Assembly: GCA_965153455.1 (NCBI GenBank)
Contig: OZ234493.1
Span: forward strand, 14,188,213-14,252,212
Direction of reading: 5' to 3'
DNA from: Sphagnum compactum
Taxonomy: Eukaryota
Length of the DNA stretch: 64,000 nucleotides
The notes beneath the pieces were generated by a model. That model was not told the origin of the DNA. It ran no database searches and saw only the letters and a program-made list of their open reading frames with translations. Positions 26,328 to 40,800 of the stretch are shown piece after piece; the stretch's first letter is position 1, and the number at the start of each line of letters is the position of its first letter. A program made the position numbers and the translations under genes.

Positions 26328-27559
26328 ATAATCATGGTATGGAAATCAAATTGGACATAATGCTACAAAATACTTGGAGACAAAAATATGATATGCAATA
26401 AATAACCTGGGCATTAAGCATAATAAAGCAAAAACATCACAAAGGTTGCTTATGGATCTATAAGCATAAGGAGATTAACTATGGTGTTGAAATCCTCTTA
26501 AATCGCCTCTACAAAAAAGATTCCACAAATGGTGTAAAACCCATTCATGCATTTAAAATATGGAAATTTACATCGAGTGTAAAAAAGCTTAGAGGAAGTG
26601 ATATGGACAAATCTCATCCCCATGAAGACCAAATTACATACTTCATTAGCTAAATAAAGAATCTTAATTTTACAAATTATGCATGTAATCATTTAAAATG
26701 GGTACCACATATGGAAGATGACCAACAATATGTGTATCATTGGTGAATGAGGGAAAAACACAAGTAGTGGGTTGTTATAATAGGGCGAAAAATGCAAAGG
26801 TGTGTTAAGGCGAACAACATTTTGCCCAAAGGATCCCACTATCATGTACCAAATTCAAATGAAATGATTATGAAATCCCCATGTTAAAAAACTTGTGAAA
26901 AATATAATGGGGATGGGCACTCATAAATGCATTGGACAAATGGGAAAATTTGATCCAAGGTTTCAATAGAAGTTAACAATTCTTGAATATTAATTGTCCA
27001 TGATACAAAAATGAAGGCATTATGAACGTCCACCTATAATATCACCCAATCTGGATGCAAATCCAACATAACATAAACCTCATGGACCATTATTTCACAC
27101 CTTTTACGTGCCACCACACTAAACTAATGAAAACTAAAATGTTCTATTTTAGTATCCCAAAACTAAATGGTGAATGTGGGGTGACCAACTAATAAGTAAC
27201 TTTTCCAATCACAATGGGTCAGATGTCATCAACTTGCTTCTCAAAAACTAATAATTGTGATGCCATAAGCAAATGCAATACAAATGGGGAAACATGACCA
27301 CGAGCAATGTGCCCATATACCACCCAAAAAAAAATTTAAAAGGTGTAAGTTTACTTTTATTAGTGTTTTTTTTCCTGAAATTTTTGCAAATGGTGAACTC
27401 TCCATGGGCCTTTTTACATAACTTTGTTAAATTTAAGGATTTCAAGGCATCAAATTTTCCAAAAATTGAACCATTGGATGTCGAGTTTGTTGTGCTTTCG
27501 AGAAAATGAAAGCATGAATAGGTGGAAAATTTGGATTGTCACATTTGTAATTTTTTAAA

Positions 27560-27950
27560 TTACATATAAATGTAAAATTTAGCACCATATTTAAAATTAA
27601 CATTTTCAGTTTTTAAATTATGGATGTTGTCATAGACTTAATGGGAATCATCATAACAAATTTGGATGAATTTTTTTCAGAATTATGGACTCATAGTGGA
27701 CTTTTGAAATGACAACATTACGTCTGTTAGTGCATAGAAAAAATGAAAAATGTGAATTCAAAAAATATGTCAAAGTAGTGTCAAAAAATAATCATCAAAT
27801 GAATAATTTATTAGTGAAGTGCATTGAAACTTTCCTAATATATGTAATTTTAATTTTTAAAATTTTTAAATGATGTGATTGTTGTAAATTTTAATCCTTA
27901 AGAGTCCATTTCACATTAAAAATTTTAATCTTTTGCATGGATGTTTTGAT
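27560..27950. repeat. Dispersed repeat, inverted relative to a copy at ~39150-39560
   Basis: GACTTTTGAAATGA...AAAATGAAAAATGTGAATTCAAAAAATATGTCA matches the reverse complement of TGACATATTTTTTGAGTCCACATTTTTCATTTT...TCATTTCAAAAGTC. Confidence 0.6.
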
Positions 27951-30900
27951 GAATCACATGTTTAAAGATATTCATAGGTTAGCTTATTAATATTTATGAT
28001 TAAAAGCATAAGGGATAATTATAGGATTCAAGGTTTGAGAATTGTTAAAATTGAAAAAAAATTCACTAATATTAGATTATGGACTTTCAAACGCCACTTT
28101 TGAACCACATAACCATGCTTTCGCCCATTTGGGCAATGGAAAAACATCACATAGGGGTCAAAGTCACCTCATTAAGTGTACCTTGCATTTGTTTTTTTGT
28201 CTCATCAATGTTGATATGTGATCGTTTAACATCACCTCCATTGCCTCCCCCCTTCAATCTTTTGAAGATTTGTAGTTATTCCTCCCTACTACTTTATGAA
28301 CTCACATCATTGCCTTTCTTCAACCTTGCATCTTTCTTTAGTGCATCCACTTTCTATTCTAAAGTTGAGGTTAGTTAGATTTTTTTTTATGGAAATTGGT
28401 ATAAAAGATCAATGTTTCTCATTAATAGGAATGATTTTGTATTTGAAATATGGTTTGAATGTGAAAGGGATTGTAGACTTTATTGTGCATCATGGAGACC
28501 AATGACAAGGAGCAATGTGAAAATCTTTACCTTTATGGCTTTGGACTACAAACTGTCGCAAGGGGAAGTGTGATGGAACATGCAAAATGTAAATACATAT
28601 TCCTTTTTCTTCCCAAAGGTTTTAGTAGTTTTAGTAATTAAAGACTTTAATAGTTTTTTTACTTTTTAAATGGTCACCAATATGGTTCCAATATTTTTTA
28701 GAACAATGCCAATTTGGCAATATAGAGATTGAGGTGAATGGCATAGTTATTGTGCTCTTCAATTAAAAATTACATGACAACCTTTTTGGAAATTAAAAAA
28801 CCAAGCAATGGCAACTATAGGTATTTGGAAAAAGCTCTAGTTTGTGCTCCCATAAGATGTCAAATGTGTCAATTTAATCGTTTCATGAAATCCTAATTAA
28901 TTAGGGTAAATTGGGTTAACTTCATTATTTGGGTTTTTATTTCAAACTAATTCAAATGCGAATGAGATGTAGGATAATCTATGAATGGGATATAATCCCA
29001 ATTTGTGTGATCTCAAATCACTTGAGAATCCAACACATTTTATTGTTGTGTGCAAGTTTCTATGTGTTTTGTTCACAGCGTTAGGCTTTTCATTTTTATG
29101 TGTAAAAGTGATAAGCTTGGATTCTTATTTTCATTGTAAGTGAATGACCATCTTGTGTTTGAACATGTTGTACCATTCAAGATGTTTTCATGTTATGTTT
29201 TGTATGTGTAATTATAGCAATAGTTTTAGGCATTGACATAGGAATGCATAACAAAAAAAAATGTCATTTTTTTCATCAATAATTTGCAAACATTGTCCAA
29301 GGAATAAATTCAAGCAAAAACAAATCCTTCCATTACATCACATCAACCACATAAACCAATAGTAATGGTAACAAATCATATGAAGAGATAGCCTATGTTG
29401 TGACAACATTAACAATGTCCAAGTGTTCTTTGATGAAAACCCTAATCCTAGATCATGTTTTTTCTAATGACATCAACCCTCATCCAATGAAAACTACATC
29501 ACCAAAATCATAAACCTTCCAAATGTCAAACATCATCTAGCCCTATCCACAAAATTTGCAATTAATTAACATAGGCCTTGTCACCCAATGAAAAAATAAA
29601 TGCAATTTAACTTCTAATAGCTTAAAAATAATCCTTGATTAGTTTGATGCTTGAAGCAAAAAAACAATTAAAGCATGAACAACCTCAATGTTATAGGGGA
29701 TTCTATACATCCTTTTACAGCCCCCACAATGAAATATTTAAAGCAATTGATGATTAGACAATTGAGAATTCAACTTGTGAGTTTTTTGCTCCAAGAATAG
29801 AAAGAAACATTTAAATAATTTTTGTCATGCTTCTTGTATATCAATTTCATTTCATATTTTCCATTATTGTGGGATACAATGTGACTTTTATTATATATAA
29901 TAGTGCCTTAATAGATTCAACACCCCAATGTTGAATAATTAATTTTTAAAAATACATTAAAAAATGTTTTTTCAAAAACAATACTTGAATTTTTTTAATA
30001 TTTAGTATTTTCACCATAAATGAGGATGTTAATCATTTTTCATCCATTTTAATACATGACATTCATGCATTACATTTATTGATTCTTGTTTTCATTTGTT
30101 TTTATGTCATTTGATTTTGTTTATCACACTTCAATCCATTCGTAAAGATTTCAAAATGTAACCAATTTGCATAAAGATGTGTGAAGGATTTGAGTCATAT
30201 GCAAATGAGATATGAACTTTTTCACAAAAGATTGCACAATTTTCAAAATAAAAATTTAAACAATTATACACCAACATATGGAATAGTTGAAAAAAATTAA
30301 GAAACCCATGGTGAATAAATTGAAAACAACACTAGTAAAATTATTGGGAAAAGAATTGGGCATGGTCAATTTCATTGGATGCTTAAGTGTTTTTTCTTGC
30401 CCTTTTCCCCCTGCCTTCAAAGCTTGGGTTTCAACTTTGAACCCTTTTAAGGCTTCCATTTGGGTCTTCCTCATCCCCATTTATATGTGTGCATACCTTC
30501 AGCTTTGAGGTAGAAGGTCTAGTTGTCTTTCCGACTTCCCTTCGACTATTTGGCATGTAACCCTTTTGATGTGCTTGCTTGACATCTTTTTTTTTATTCT
30601 CACATTGGTGTCTTCTTTTCCCCCCTCGTGGTGGTGTAGCTAGTCATAGGGATATTAGGGAACGATTACGACAATTCTTAACATGCGATTAAAAGAAGCT
30701 TTAGGCAAAACATGTTCTTTAGGCCCAAGTGTTTGCAATAGCTCTCTCCCCAGTTTGAGCCCCCTTGGCAAACTCCCTTTCTTGAAGCACCCCTTCGGTT
30801 TTGGTTTCACCCCTGCCACATTGTCTTGGGCAAAGTGTCACTTTAAACATGTTGGGGAGTATGCTCATGCCATTAAAGCTCTTGCCCCCCTTGCCTTGGC

Positions 30901-31499
30901 CCCAACCTCCTTTAAAACCATTAGTGTTTTGCAAACACTTCGCCCTTTAAATTGTCCTCCCCGTATTAGGACTCCTTGTTGGATTTCCAACTTGATTTAA
31001 ATTTGAAATTATCTTTATATTCATTTAGGTTAACTTTCATTTGGTTGCCACATCTTTCAACTGGCGGTCTTTTAGGTATGTTTTTAACATTTTCAAGACC
31101 TTTTTGACCTTGAGGATTGAGCCAACGACTTTCGACAACTTTTCTAGGTGAGTTCCCATGTTGTTGTAGGTCATATCCCAAGGTCCATTGCCCGAGTTTT
31201 TGACACTACTATGTTTTTGGCTTTGGCCAAGCCTTATGGAAGCATTCAATCGATTGTAGTGGGTGAAGTCCTATACTAGTTAGTGAATAGAACTTTATGC
31301 ATGTAATTTTGTGATATTTTCTGCATTCATTTGTCGTTCCATCAATTTGGTGTGGTAGTCAAGGGGGGTGTGAAATAGTGGTTCATGGTGTTTGAATTGT
31401 TCTAGATGTCCATCCCAATTGGGTGGTGCTATAAATGGATGTCACAAATGCCTCAACACCATTTATACGAAAGTCATCTTTTAGGAGCTTCGTGTGGTA

Positions 31500-33330
31500 G
31501 GAGGCCAATCGTCTCAAGTTTTCCTTTTTGTTTGGTCATTCTATGCCCAGATGTTCCCGTTTTCTTTAGCCACAATTCCCTTTTGGGATATTTTTCAATC
31601 ATCCATTCTTTGGAAGGCACATGTTAGGGCGATCCGCTTGCCAAACCTCTTTTTGCATTAGCCCATTTTCATGCATTATGATGTTCATCAAAAGTTTTTC
31701 CCTCTTATATTTTCCCTTCCCTTGCAAACAACACCCACATCATTGGCCTAGCCCCATCATTCATCTTACATTTAACAATTTTGTTTCTTAGTTGATTTTT
31801 ATGGGGTTTATGGTCTAACCCCACAAGTGTTCAACTTGGTCACCTTCTGGTCCACCTTTGGTTTTTCTTTTCCCACTATTTTTGTTGCCCATTCGACAAC
31901 ATAAGGGTTTTGGGCTTTTTGTTTCTTTTTTCTTTTTCTTTCTTGGAAGATGTGTTAGATGAGGATGCTCGCATGTAGAGGTGCTTTCTTTTACTTGTAT
32001 TTTACCCAAAAGCCTTCCTATTTCTTGCATTGCTTCCCCCCATTCTCCATCTTTTTACACCAACTTGCCTTTTTCAACTTAACCTTCATGTAGGTGTTTG
32101 GGAGACTCTTGGGCCCTAGCTTTTTGGATTGCTTGCAAGCCCCCTTAATGCATCAACAGATCTCTCTCCCCATCTCTCTTAGGGGATCGGCCACATTTCC
32201 ACAAAACTCATTGTGCCAACGCCCTATTTGGGCAACTGTACATTTATTAATGCACCTATCGTTGCTGCCTGATTCTTATTTTATCATTGCCCTTTCTTAT
32301 TTGAAGCGATAGGTGCTAACAACTCTAGTATGTTCCCCTTCCAAGCCCATTTGAGGTTGACATGAAAACTCCTTCCTTTTAATGTAATGGCACACATTCC
32401 TCCTTTCATGTAGTTTGTTGAGAGTGGTTCAGGTCAATTGTAGGAGAATATTTAAGATGTATTGCATGACCATTCTTTCTCCAACATCATTTTAAAAATG
32501 GTTTCTAATTCACACCATGCATGCTTGAAGTCTTACATGGGCCAGGGGCGAGTGTTTAATTTTTTGCTTGCCCAATCACTCCACCTTTTTGTCTAACCAA
32601 TGATGTTTTCTCCTATGCTTTGCACACCAAGTTGGCCTCCCTCATCCTTTAGCCGTTGGGGTGACTCATTGTATTTGTGGCCAACCCTTAATCATGTAGG
32701 GACTCACCTTCTTCATTGTTCCCATGGTGAGGAACGAACTGCATCCCACAATGCGGTTTGAAATGTTTTTGCCCATTGCCAAAGATGCATGATTTTATGT
32801 TTTGCATTGAGCAAACCCATGTCCTTCCACCACCTTCCCTTTAGTCTTCTCGTCAACAAGTTGACATTGTGTTATTAGCAGATGACATTCACACCTTGGT
32901 TGACATGTTCATTGTCGATCCTATTTGAATATATTTGATTTTTTGAGCTACTTCATCTCGCAAGGTGACCGTGATGATCGTGGCCCAGGCAAATGAAAGA
33001 CTTTACCACGATCAACACCCAATAGACACATTCCTTCCCCTTGCCAAAAAGGGTTTTGGGTGCCTACACCAACATGCAAATGACTTTTTTCATCGATGTG
33101 CTAGCATGACATGGTCAGCAAAAGGAACCCATGGCCTTTTGACGATTCTATGTGCATTCTATAGGCAAATAATGTTGGTAGCCTAGCAAAGAACACATGC
33201 CGATTCTATCTTGAGGCATGTCGTTGTTGCATATGAAAGGTGTTCTAGGTTTACATCACTTTTAGATTTCCCTTTCCTCTTCTGATATTCTAATATGCTC
33301 CTTGCCATTGGTGAGGGTTCTAGAACATAA
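31500..33330 (+). mobile_element. Decayed non-LTR retrotransposon (RT + CCHC + restriction-like endonuclease; CRE/R2-type architecture), 5'-truncated
   Basis: RT motifs GTC*GDPLAKPLFALAHF...FPSLANNTHII (~31616-31745; compare QGDPL...LADD). Zn knuckle CICGQPL..GTHLLHCSHGEERTASHNAV (~32670-32760). RLE-like VDIVLLADDIHTLVDMFIVDP (~32860-32922) and FLPLAKKGFGCLH. Many stops and frameshifts. Confidence 0.8.
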
Positions 33331-36088
33331 TTTGTTCCTTTGCCCCTTTGTGACCCACTATGAGTTTTTGCGCTTTTGGCTCAAACTTGGGTCCTTTCCC
33401 TTTGTTCTTCCTTTCCCCCTTTGTTGGGTTCTTTGATCCATTTAGTAATCCCTAACTTTTCAAGCTTTTTGCTTCCCTCACTTCCACATTGAGTCATCAC
33501 AAGTAGAAAAAGTTCTCTACCTTTTTGCCTTTGGTATCTCAGTAGTTATTAATATTATTGTGTACATATATTCATATCTCTCTCTCTTTGGCAAGTGACT
33601 TTTTTTTGTGGCAAATTTTGTCATTTTGTGAAATTTCTTTTTCGAAAAATAAACATTTTGTTACAAATTCTCTGTTTTAAAAAAAAAAAATGCCAAGAAA
33701 AAAATAATGAATTTTTTTGACAATTTTTTTCACACTTGCCTATAATATGAAAGGCTGATTAAGATTTTATATTTTTATATTTCGAAAATCGCCAAATTTA
33801 GCTAAACATACTTATGGATTATTGCCACTTGAACAACATCATAAAATTGAAAATCAACAAATTGAAAAATATAAAATAAAATTTCTCTTTGGTGGCTTAG
33901 GACTCATAAGGAACTTTTAATGGGCAACTAAAATTTTTCTAGCCTCTAGATCAAGTGTTGGACGGTTCTTTACTTTTATGAAAAGCCTTGGGTTTGGTTT
34001 TAAAACAAAATTTAAAATCTCTCAATTTTGGTTCCACAAATAAACAAAATTTGTTCGGTTTTTTTTATAAAAAAAAGTTTCTATTCTAATTTTTGAAAAT
34101 CAGACCCGGTTCCAGTAATTCTTCCTAGCCCCATACTGGAATAGCCGCTAATTTAACTGTTGATTAACCTTCAAATAACCCTAGTTCTAATCTGGGTTTT
34201 ATTTTCAAAAACATGTATTTTGATTTTGGTACTAATTACACACATAAATAGAATTGTGAACCTGATTTTGTGCCTAATCCTCCTTTTTAGTTAAATGGTT
34301 TAGAAATAGTTTAGCAAGCCATTGTTAAATGAAACCTATATTCAATGTTTTGAGAAAAGGTGGACATTCAAAACATCATATTAATATTGAGTTGTCAAAC
34401 ATCTCTAAAATAATAAACTAAGGTAAAAACATTTTATGCATAACACATGTATGAAAACATTCCAATTTAAAATAATTGGAATATCTTACACACAAACACA
34501 TCAACCATGGTTATACAACTTCACATTTGAAAACCCGATTCCAATGTTTGTTGATGAGACTATGCAAATATGATTTTTGCCTTCCCTTTTTGAGTCCTTG
34601 ACAATTGTCTTCCTGATCTTAAGAATAGTGCCCTCCAAAATTCTAATCACAAGTATTGTAGTAGTTGAACATTCATGATAATCATAATCCTTTAGAATCA
34701 TGATGGTATGTATTATGTACCTTGAAACTTGTGCATCTCCTTTTTCTTGTGCGGTTTAGGTTTTGTGTGTCCAAGTTCCTATGTGTCCTAGTTCATGGTT
34801 TGAGTAATCGAAAGGTGAACCCTAAGAAAAATTAACTTTCTAAACCTAATGGCAATTTGGCACCATTTTTAATAGATTATCTAAGGATATGGTGCCAAAC
34901 CTACCTTAGAAATATATGGTATTGATTCTTATCCTTGATAGATGATAAAAAATTATTTATGTATTGGATGTGTTCAATTTTTAATTATTGGTTTTGGAAC
35001 ATGCTCCTTCTATTTTCATTTGTCATTTTGGCCTTTGGAATGTACAACATAGTTTTTTTTGGTGTAAAAACAAACTCCAACAAGAATGATAGAAAAGTTC
35101 TCTCATAACTTTAATTGAGAACAAGTTGGGATGTGGGGTATTTGGGGGTGTTCACCAATTCAATAACTTTAAAATGAACCATTTTGATTGGCCCATCACA
35201 CAATAAAAATAATAAAAATTTGGAGGCTTCTCAAAATAATAAAATTTATTTTGCAAGTTCTTATATAAAGTACCTCCCCTTTTGCCCACCTAAACAACTT
35301 GTCAAAAGAAGACAACTTTGAAATTACAACTTCAAAGTGATTCTCATTTGGGAATGCGTAACACCCATGCATTGTTTTGTGCTTATGACAATTTGGTTCA
35401 ATCCTAAAACACTTTTTCTCGATTCACTCCCATTGTCATTGCTTAACCTTGGTCATCAACACACTTATTTGGGTTTTTCTTGTTCCCAATGTGTTCCCAT
35501 TATATTCTCATTGAGTTCCCAATGGATTTCCCCTAGATGTCCCAATGACACTTTTGTTCCATTTGTTTTACCCAAAACTAAACTTTCATATATATAAACT
35601 ATAAAGGTGGACCAAATGGAAGCACCTTTGCACTTTCATTTTGGCAGATGCCCAATGTTTAAAAAAAATTAGTGATGGGACAATCAAAGTGGCTCCTTTG
35701 GAAGGAAAAAGAAAATAAAGAAATACATAAACTTTGGGTGCATACCCCAAACTAATTCATAGAAGTTACAATTAGGTACCCTCAACACCAATCTTTTAGA
35801 AATATAACTTTTAAGCATGCAATGAGATGGCTCAATTTGCACCTAGAAAGGCCAATCCCTTTTCCTTGGTGGGAGGGCGGCATGGTCAACATTCCCCTAT
35901 GTTCTATGTGTGTTCCACAAGCTCTTCCCCATAGCTTCACACTTTATCCCATATCTTTTGCCCAAAATACTACCTTAGTAACCTATATACCTAGAGCAAA
36001 GAGAAAGGCTTGGAAATATGTCCATAGGTTGAGTGGATCTTTTGGGTGATGGGCAAATCAAAGAAGCCATCACACCCTCAAAAAAAAA

Positions 36089-36122
<34 letters not shown>

Positions 36123-37599
36123 ACATTGGATGATACCCCACAACTAGTTAATAAACTAACAATAGGTCTAGTAGGAAAGCTTTGCTTTGCCTCATGAGCT
36201 TCCCAAGCGATTTTATAAAACCTATTGTGCAAAACTTTGGTTCCGAGCAAGAAAGGTTCACATGACATCACTAAGAAGCTCTCTATCTTGACATCAGCTC
36301 ATGACATCACTGAAAAATGCTAAATGTGACATCACTGTTCTCTCTGTTTTATTTAAACACAAGATCGTTGCACAAAAGTCTACAGTGGTAATAGCAGCTC
36401 GTGCACAATTCTATTACATACGGGCATTTTGCAATTCATAGTTCCCTATCCTCACCCAAGTGTGTAACTTGACTTGGTGGGATGTTAATTATTCATTAAC
36501 AAGCTTTGTTTGGTGCATTTTTTGAGCTTGTCTTTTTGCACTTTGCATGGTTCTATGTTGAATTGCATTGCATTAATTTTCATGTTTTGCATGTTTTAAG
36601 AAAAACATATGTTACTTATCTACTTTGACATGTTTTTGTTGTCTTAGGGAAGATTCAACATAAATTTTAAATATTAGAAAATATTAATCCTATGAACATG
36701 GTTGAAAAATATTTTGGACCACATTTTTGTGCCAAACAATGTTCATTTAGGGATGTTTACCATCTTCCTTTGAATGACCCACAAACCTCCATGCTTTGCT
36801 TTTGGTGGGTCTCGTATGAGAAATTTCTCCTAAGACCGAAAAAGCATTGAAACACTCCCAAACCTAACTTATTGAGAGCTTGCAAGTCACGGGTGTAGTG
36901 GGTTCAATTCATCTATAGGCCATGAGGCTAGTTGTTAGCTATAGATGTTATTCACATAGATCTCATTGATTCGGATTGTATCGGATGATCCTCTTGGCCC
37001 ACACAAAAGAGTTGACAAATTTTTGTGAGCCAAAGGCCCAAGAAAGGCGTCATCTGATACAATCACAATTTGTGACAAGCTATAAAAGACAAAAGTTTTT
37101 GAGAAGAAGTGAAGGTGACAAACTAGAACTTTTTGGGAGTAGTAGTAAGGACTCAAACTAGCAACAAGGTGGTAATGTTTCCTTGAAGGATATTGACAAG
37201 TGACACCTTTCTTTGGTGATGACTGTGTGCATCAGCTTAAAAAGAACACATGCCAGAACATCTGTACCACTGGCCTATACACACAAAACACAGCACTAGA
37301 ACCCTGAGTTTGGTCCAAAACCAGGTGAGATTCAAAAAAAAAAAGACCTGCAAAAAAGTACATTAGCTTAGCCTTCAAGGGTGGCAGGGTTGAAACTCAG
37401 AAATGCACAATTTGTTTTTGTGGTAAACTGAGTTACATCCTGTTTTGACCCCTGTTTTCCTGAGCGCCTCCACTGTTGCTGCTGCATATATTTTCACTGC
37501 TCCTACCTGTACAACTACTATAATTACCTCAAACCTTGTGCATTAGATGCTGAGTTTCAACATTCCATACCCAGATTTAATAAAACTTCATTACTTTGC

Positions 37600-37829
37600 G
37601 GAAATTTTTTAATTCACACCTTTTTTTTTGGGTTAAATTCACACCCTTTCTTGTGACAAGTCTCACTTTGAATACGTGGAAGGACGCAAGTGTGGGGTCT
37701 GTGGTCAATCAGGGCACAACTCGAGAACTTGCCCGCAGAAGTAATTGAACTGATAAAGGAACATACTCTTAAAGTTTAATCTGCATAAAATCGGACGCGC
37801 GAAGAAAGGGTGTGAATTTAAAATTTTCC
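37600..37829 (+). mobile_element. 230-bp non-autonomous Mutator-like (MULE) element retaining a transposase C-terminal zinc knuckle
   Basis: 21-bp TIRs (GGAAATTTTTTAATTCACACC vs reverse complement GGAAAATTTTAAATTCACACC, 2 mismatches). Perfect 8-bp TSD TACTTTGC (37592-37599, 37830-37837). Internal frame RKCGVCGQSGHNSRTCPQK*. Confidence 0.8.
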
Positions 37830-40800
37830 TACTTTGCAGACCTCATTCAAGAGGGGATATACGGAGTGAAAGAGGCCCAAAGACAGGGTGACTTTACTAG
37901 TATATGGTAAGTTTGGGAAAGGATGAGCCCAAAGCAAGCTCTATGTAAGCATCAAGTGATCAATTCCTATGTTCCTATGATCCCCCTTACACTAGACCAC
38001 CAACTTGGTAGAATGTTAAACACCCTCATCGAACTACCTATGTGAATGGGTAGGTAGGTAGGAAATAGAATTGGTAACTATCTACTATGAAAGTTGAAAA
38101 TTAGTTAAGTCTCCCCTCAGTGCCTACTAGGTAAGTAAGTAGATGCATGTGGATGGTTGGTACATAGAATCACTCTAGTTGGTTATGGGACATGAATACA
38201 ATAGGAAATCTTTCCTATGTATACACCATCCATCCATCCATCCATCTTGTGCATGGGTATTAGTTCACTCTAGCCCAAAATCATCTGGAATTTGGTTTGG
38301 CTCTTACCAGCTAGAGTGAACCAACATTCACTAACACACCATGCATGATGGATAGTGTGTGGATAGGAAACTTTTGTTTTTGTGGTTATGTCACTATAAC
38401 AAAATGTGGCTTTTCTTACACCAATAGGCCATGGCTCATGACATATGTGTGAGGTAAATTTTGCGATTTCATTGATCACAATGTCGAATATATATATATG
38501 ATGTTATTGTGAAATATGTTACACTAATATTGCAGTTTGACATCAAGTTATGCCATATAAAGTTGCAAAAATGTCAAATTAATATCAAATTGCAAAATTA
38601 ATGTAATATGTGTCACCAAAAAAATAAAATGTCATGGATGAAACCACAAAGTTTACATCACATATGTCTTATGAACCATTGATAGTAAAAAAAACCACAT
38701 GCTATTGTACCTAGTATGTTCCTATCCCATAGCTAACCACCTTAGTTAACTATGCATAAAATGTCCACTGCAACTACCTACCTTGTAACCACCAAGTGCC
38801 TTGAAAACTTACCTATCTACATAGTACACTTACATTGCTTATCTATGATACTACACACTTACATAGGTAGTTACTAGTTCCCTAAGTAGGAGAAAGAGGA
38901 AATATGAGGGTTTATGTGATGGGTTACCAAGGTAAATCAATTGTGGGTAATCCACAACTCAATCATAAAAGGGGGTAAAAGCATTGTCAGGTGGCTCACG
39001 TTTGACATTTTGAAAAATTCACATTTTACACTAACTATATAATTCTTACATTTAACATAATTATCAAACTATAAATCCTATAATTATCCCGTATGGTTTT
39101 GCTCACAAATATTAATAGACCACCTTGTAAATATCCCTAAACATGTGATTGGTCAAAAAATTTAAAGAAAATTTTAAAGATTTCAATGTGAAATGGAATA
39201 TCAATTGTAAAAAATGACAAAAATCACAACGAATTAAATTTTTAAATATGAAAAAAATTATAATGGAGAAAATTCAATGCATCTTACAATTAAATTATTC
39301 ATTTTATGATGGCCTATTTTTTATTTTTTATTTTGATATTATTATGACATATTTTTTGAGTCCACATTTTTCATTTTTATATGTGACAAACATAGTGTCA
39401 TCATTTCAAAAGTCCACAATGAGTCCATTCTTTTCTTAAATTCATCCATAATTTTTAATAAGATTTTCACTAAAATCTATTGCAACATGAATAATGAAAA
39501 AAATGAAAATTTAATGTTTGATATGATTTTACATTTTAAGTTCATCTATAATCCAAAAAAAATTACAACTATGATAGTCTAAACAATCCACCTAATTGTG
39601 TTTTTAGCCACGGGTTTCCATTGGATGGTGCATTGGTGAACCCATCTTGTCATATCTTGTTTATGACAATAGACAACCCGTAACAACTTTTGCAATTGTG
39701 ATATTTATTCTTCCACATCTAGTAATATTTAAAGTTCCATTGTAATGCAATGGTTATGTAAATGTATTCCACCAGATTCACCATCATATTATTTATAAGT
39801 TAGAGAAATCTTATTATTATTTCAAGTGAATATATTGGTTTAATCTATGACATTTTGAAAAACCAAATTGGGTGAAATGTGTTTCTTTAGTAGCGGATTG
39901 CTAGCATAAAAAGGTGATATAAATTAATGGGTTTTCATTTTGAGAAACAAAAGCAGAATTTAAGGCTAGACTTTAGTAGCAAGTACCCTATGAGGGAATG
40001 AATTTTTTAATTCTTGTCATTAGGATTGGATGTGTTTACAATTTGCACAATTGTCAAAATAAAATTCAATTTATGTGTTGTGATGCCATGGAATAAGTTT
40101 GATATGCAATAAAAGTGATGGTCCATAGGATTGACATTTCACATGGTACTTGAGAGTCTAAAAAACATTTCCATCATTACATCAGAACATTACATCATCC
40201 ATGTGTAGGCCATTGTGAAGGTCGTGGTGTGTAGTCGGCCTTAAATTCATTTTATCTCCCCCACTAATCTTTTTAACAAAAAGGCCAAAATGTCAGCTCT
40301 CCTAATTTTGCATTTCCTTCAATAGATTCCTTCCAAAATCTCATGATGAACTTTTTGTTTACAAATTTGATTGCGCACAAACTTTTAATCATGCATGAAT
40401 GGCACCTTTTTCTAGACTTTTAACATTTTTGTTTGGAGCATTGGTGTGAATTGATGACATTGAACTAAATGGAATCATCATAGAAAGAAATTCAACAATA
40501 GAAAGATGAAATTGGAAAGCCATTTTGACCACGATGTATTCAACCAAACAAAAAAATGTTCATATGAACATTTATCAAACATGAGTGATATCAATTGCAT
40601 GTTTTTCAATTTGATTAATTGTATCTAACAATTTTGAATCCACATTGTTTTTTATGACGGAAGTTTCATCTATTGTCTTGTTTGCGTGGATTGTTGGAGT
40701 AGTCAAAGGTATTGGAAATATAAAGAAAAATAGAATGCACACACAAGATCATGAAACATAAATTAGTATAGTAATTTGATCGTCATTTATTACAATGTAA

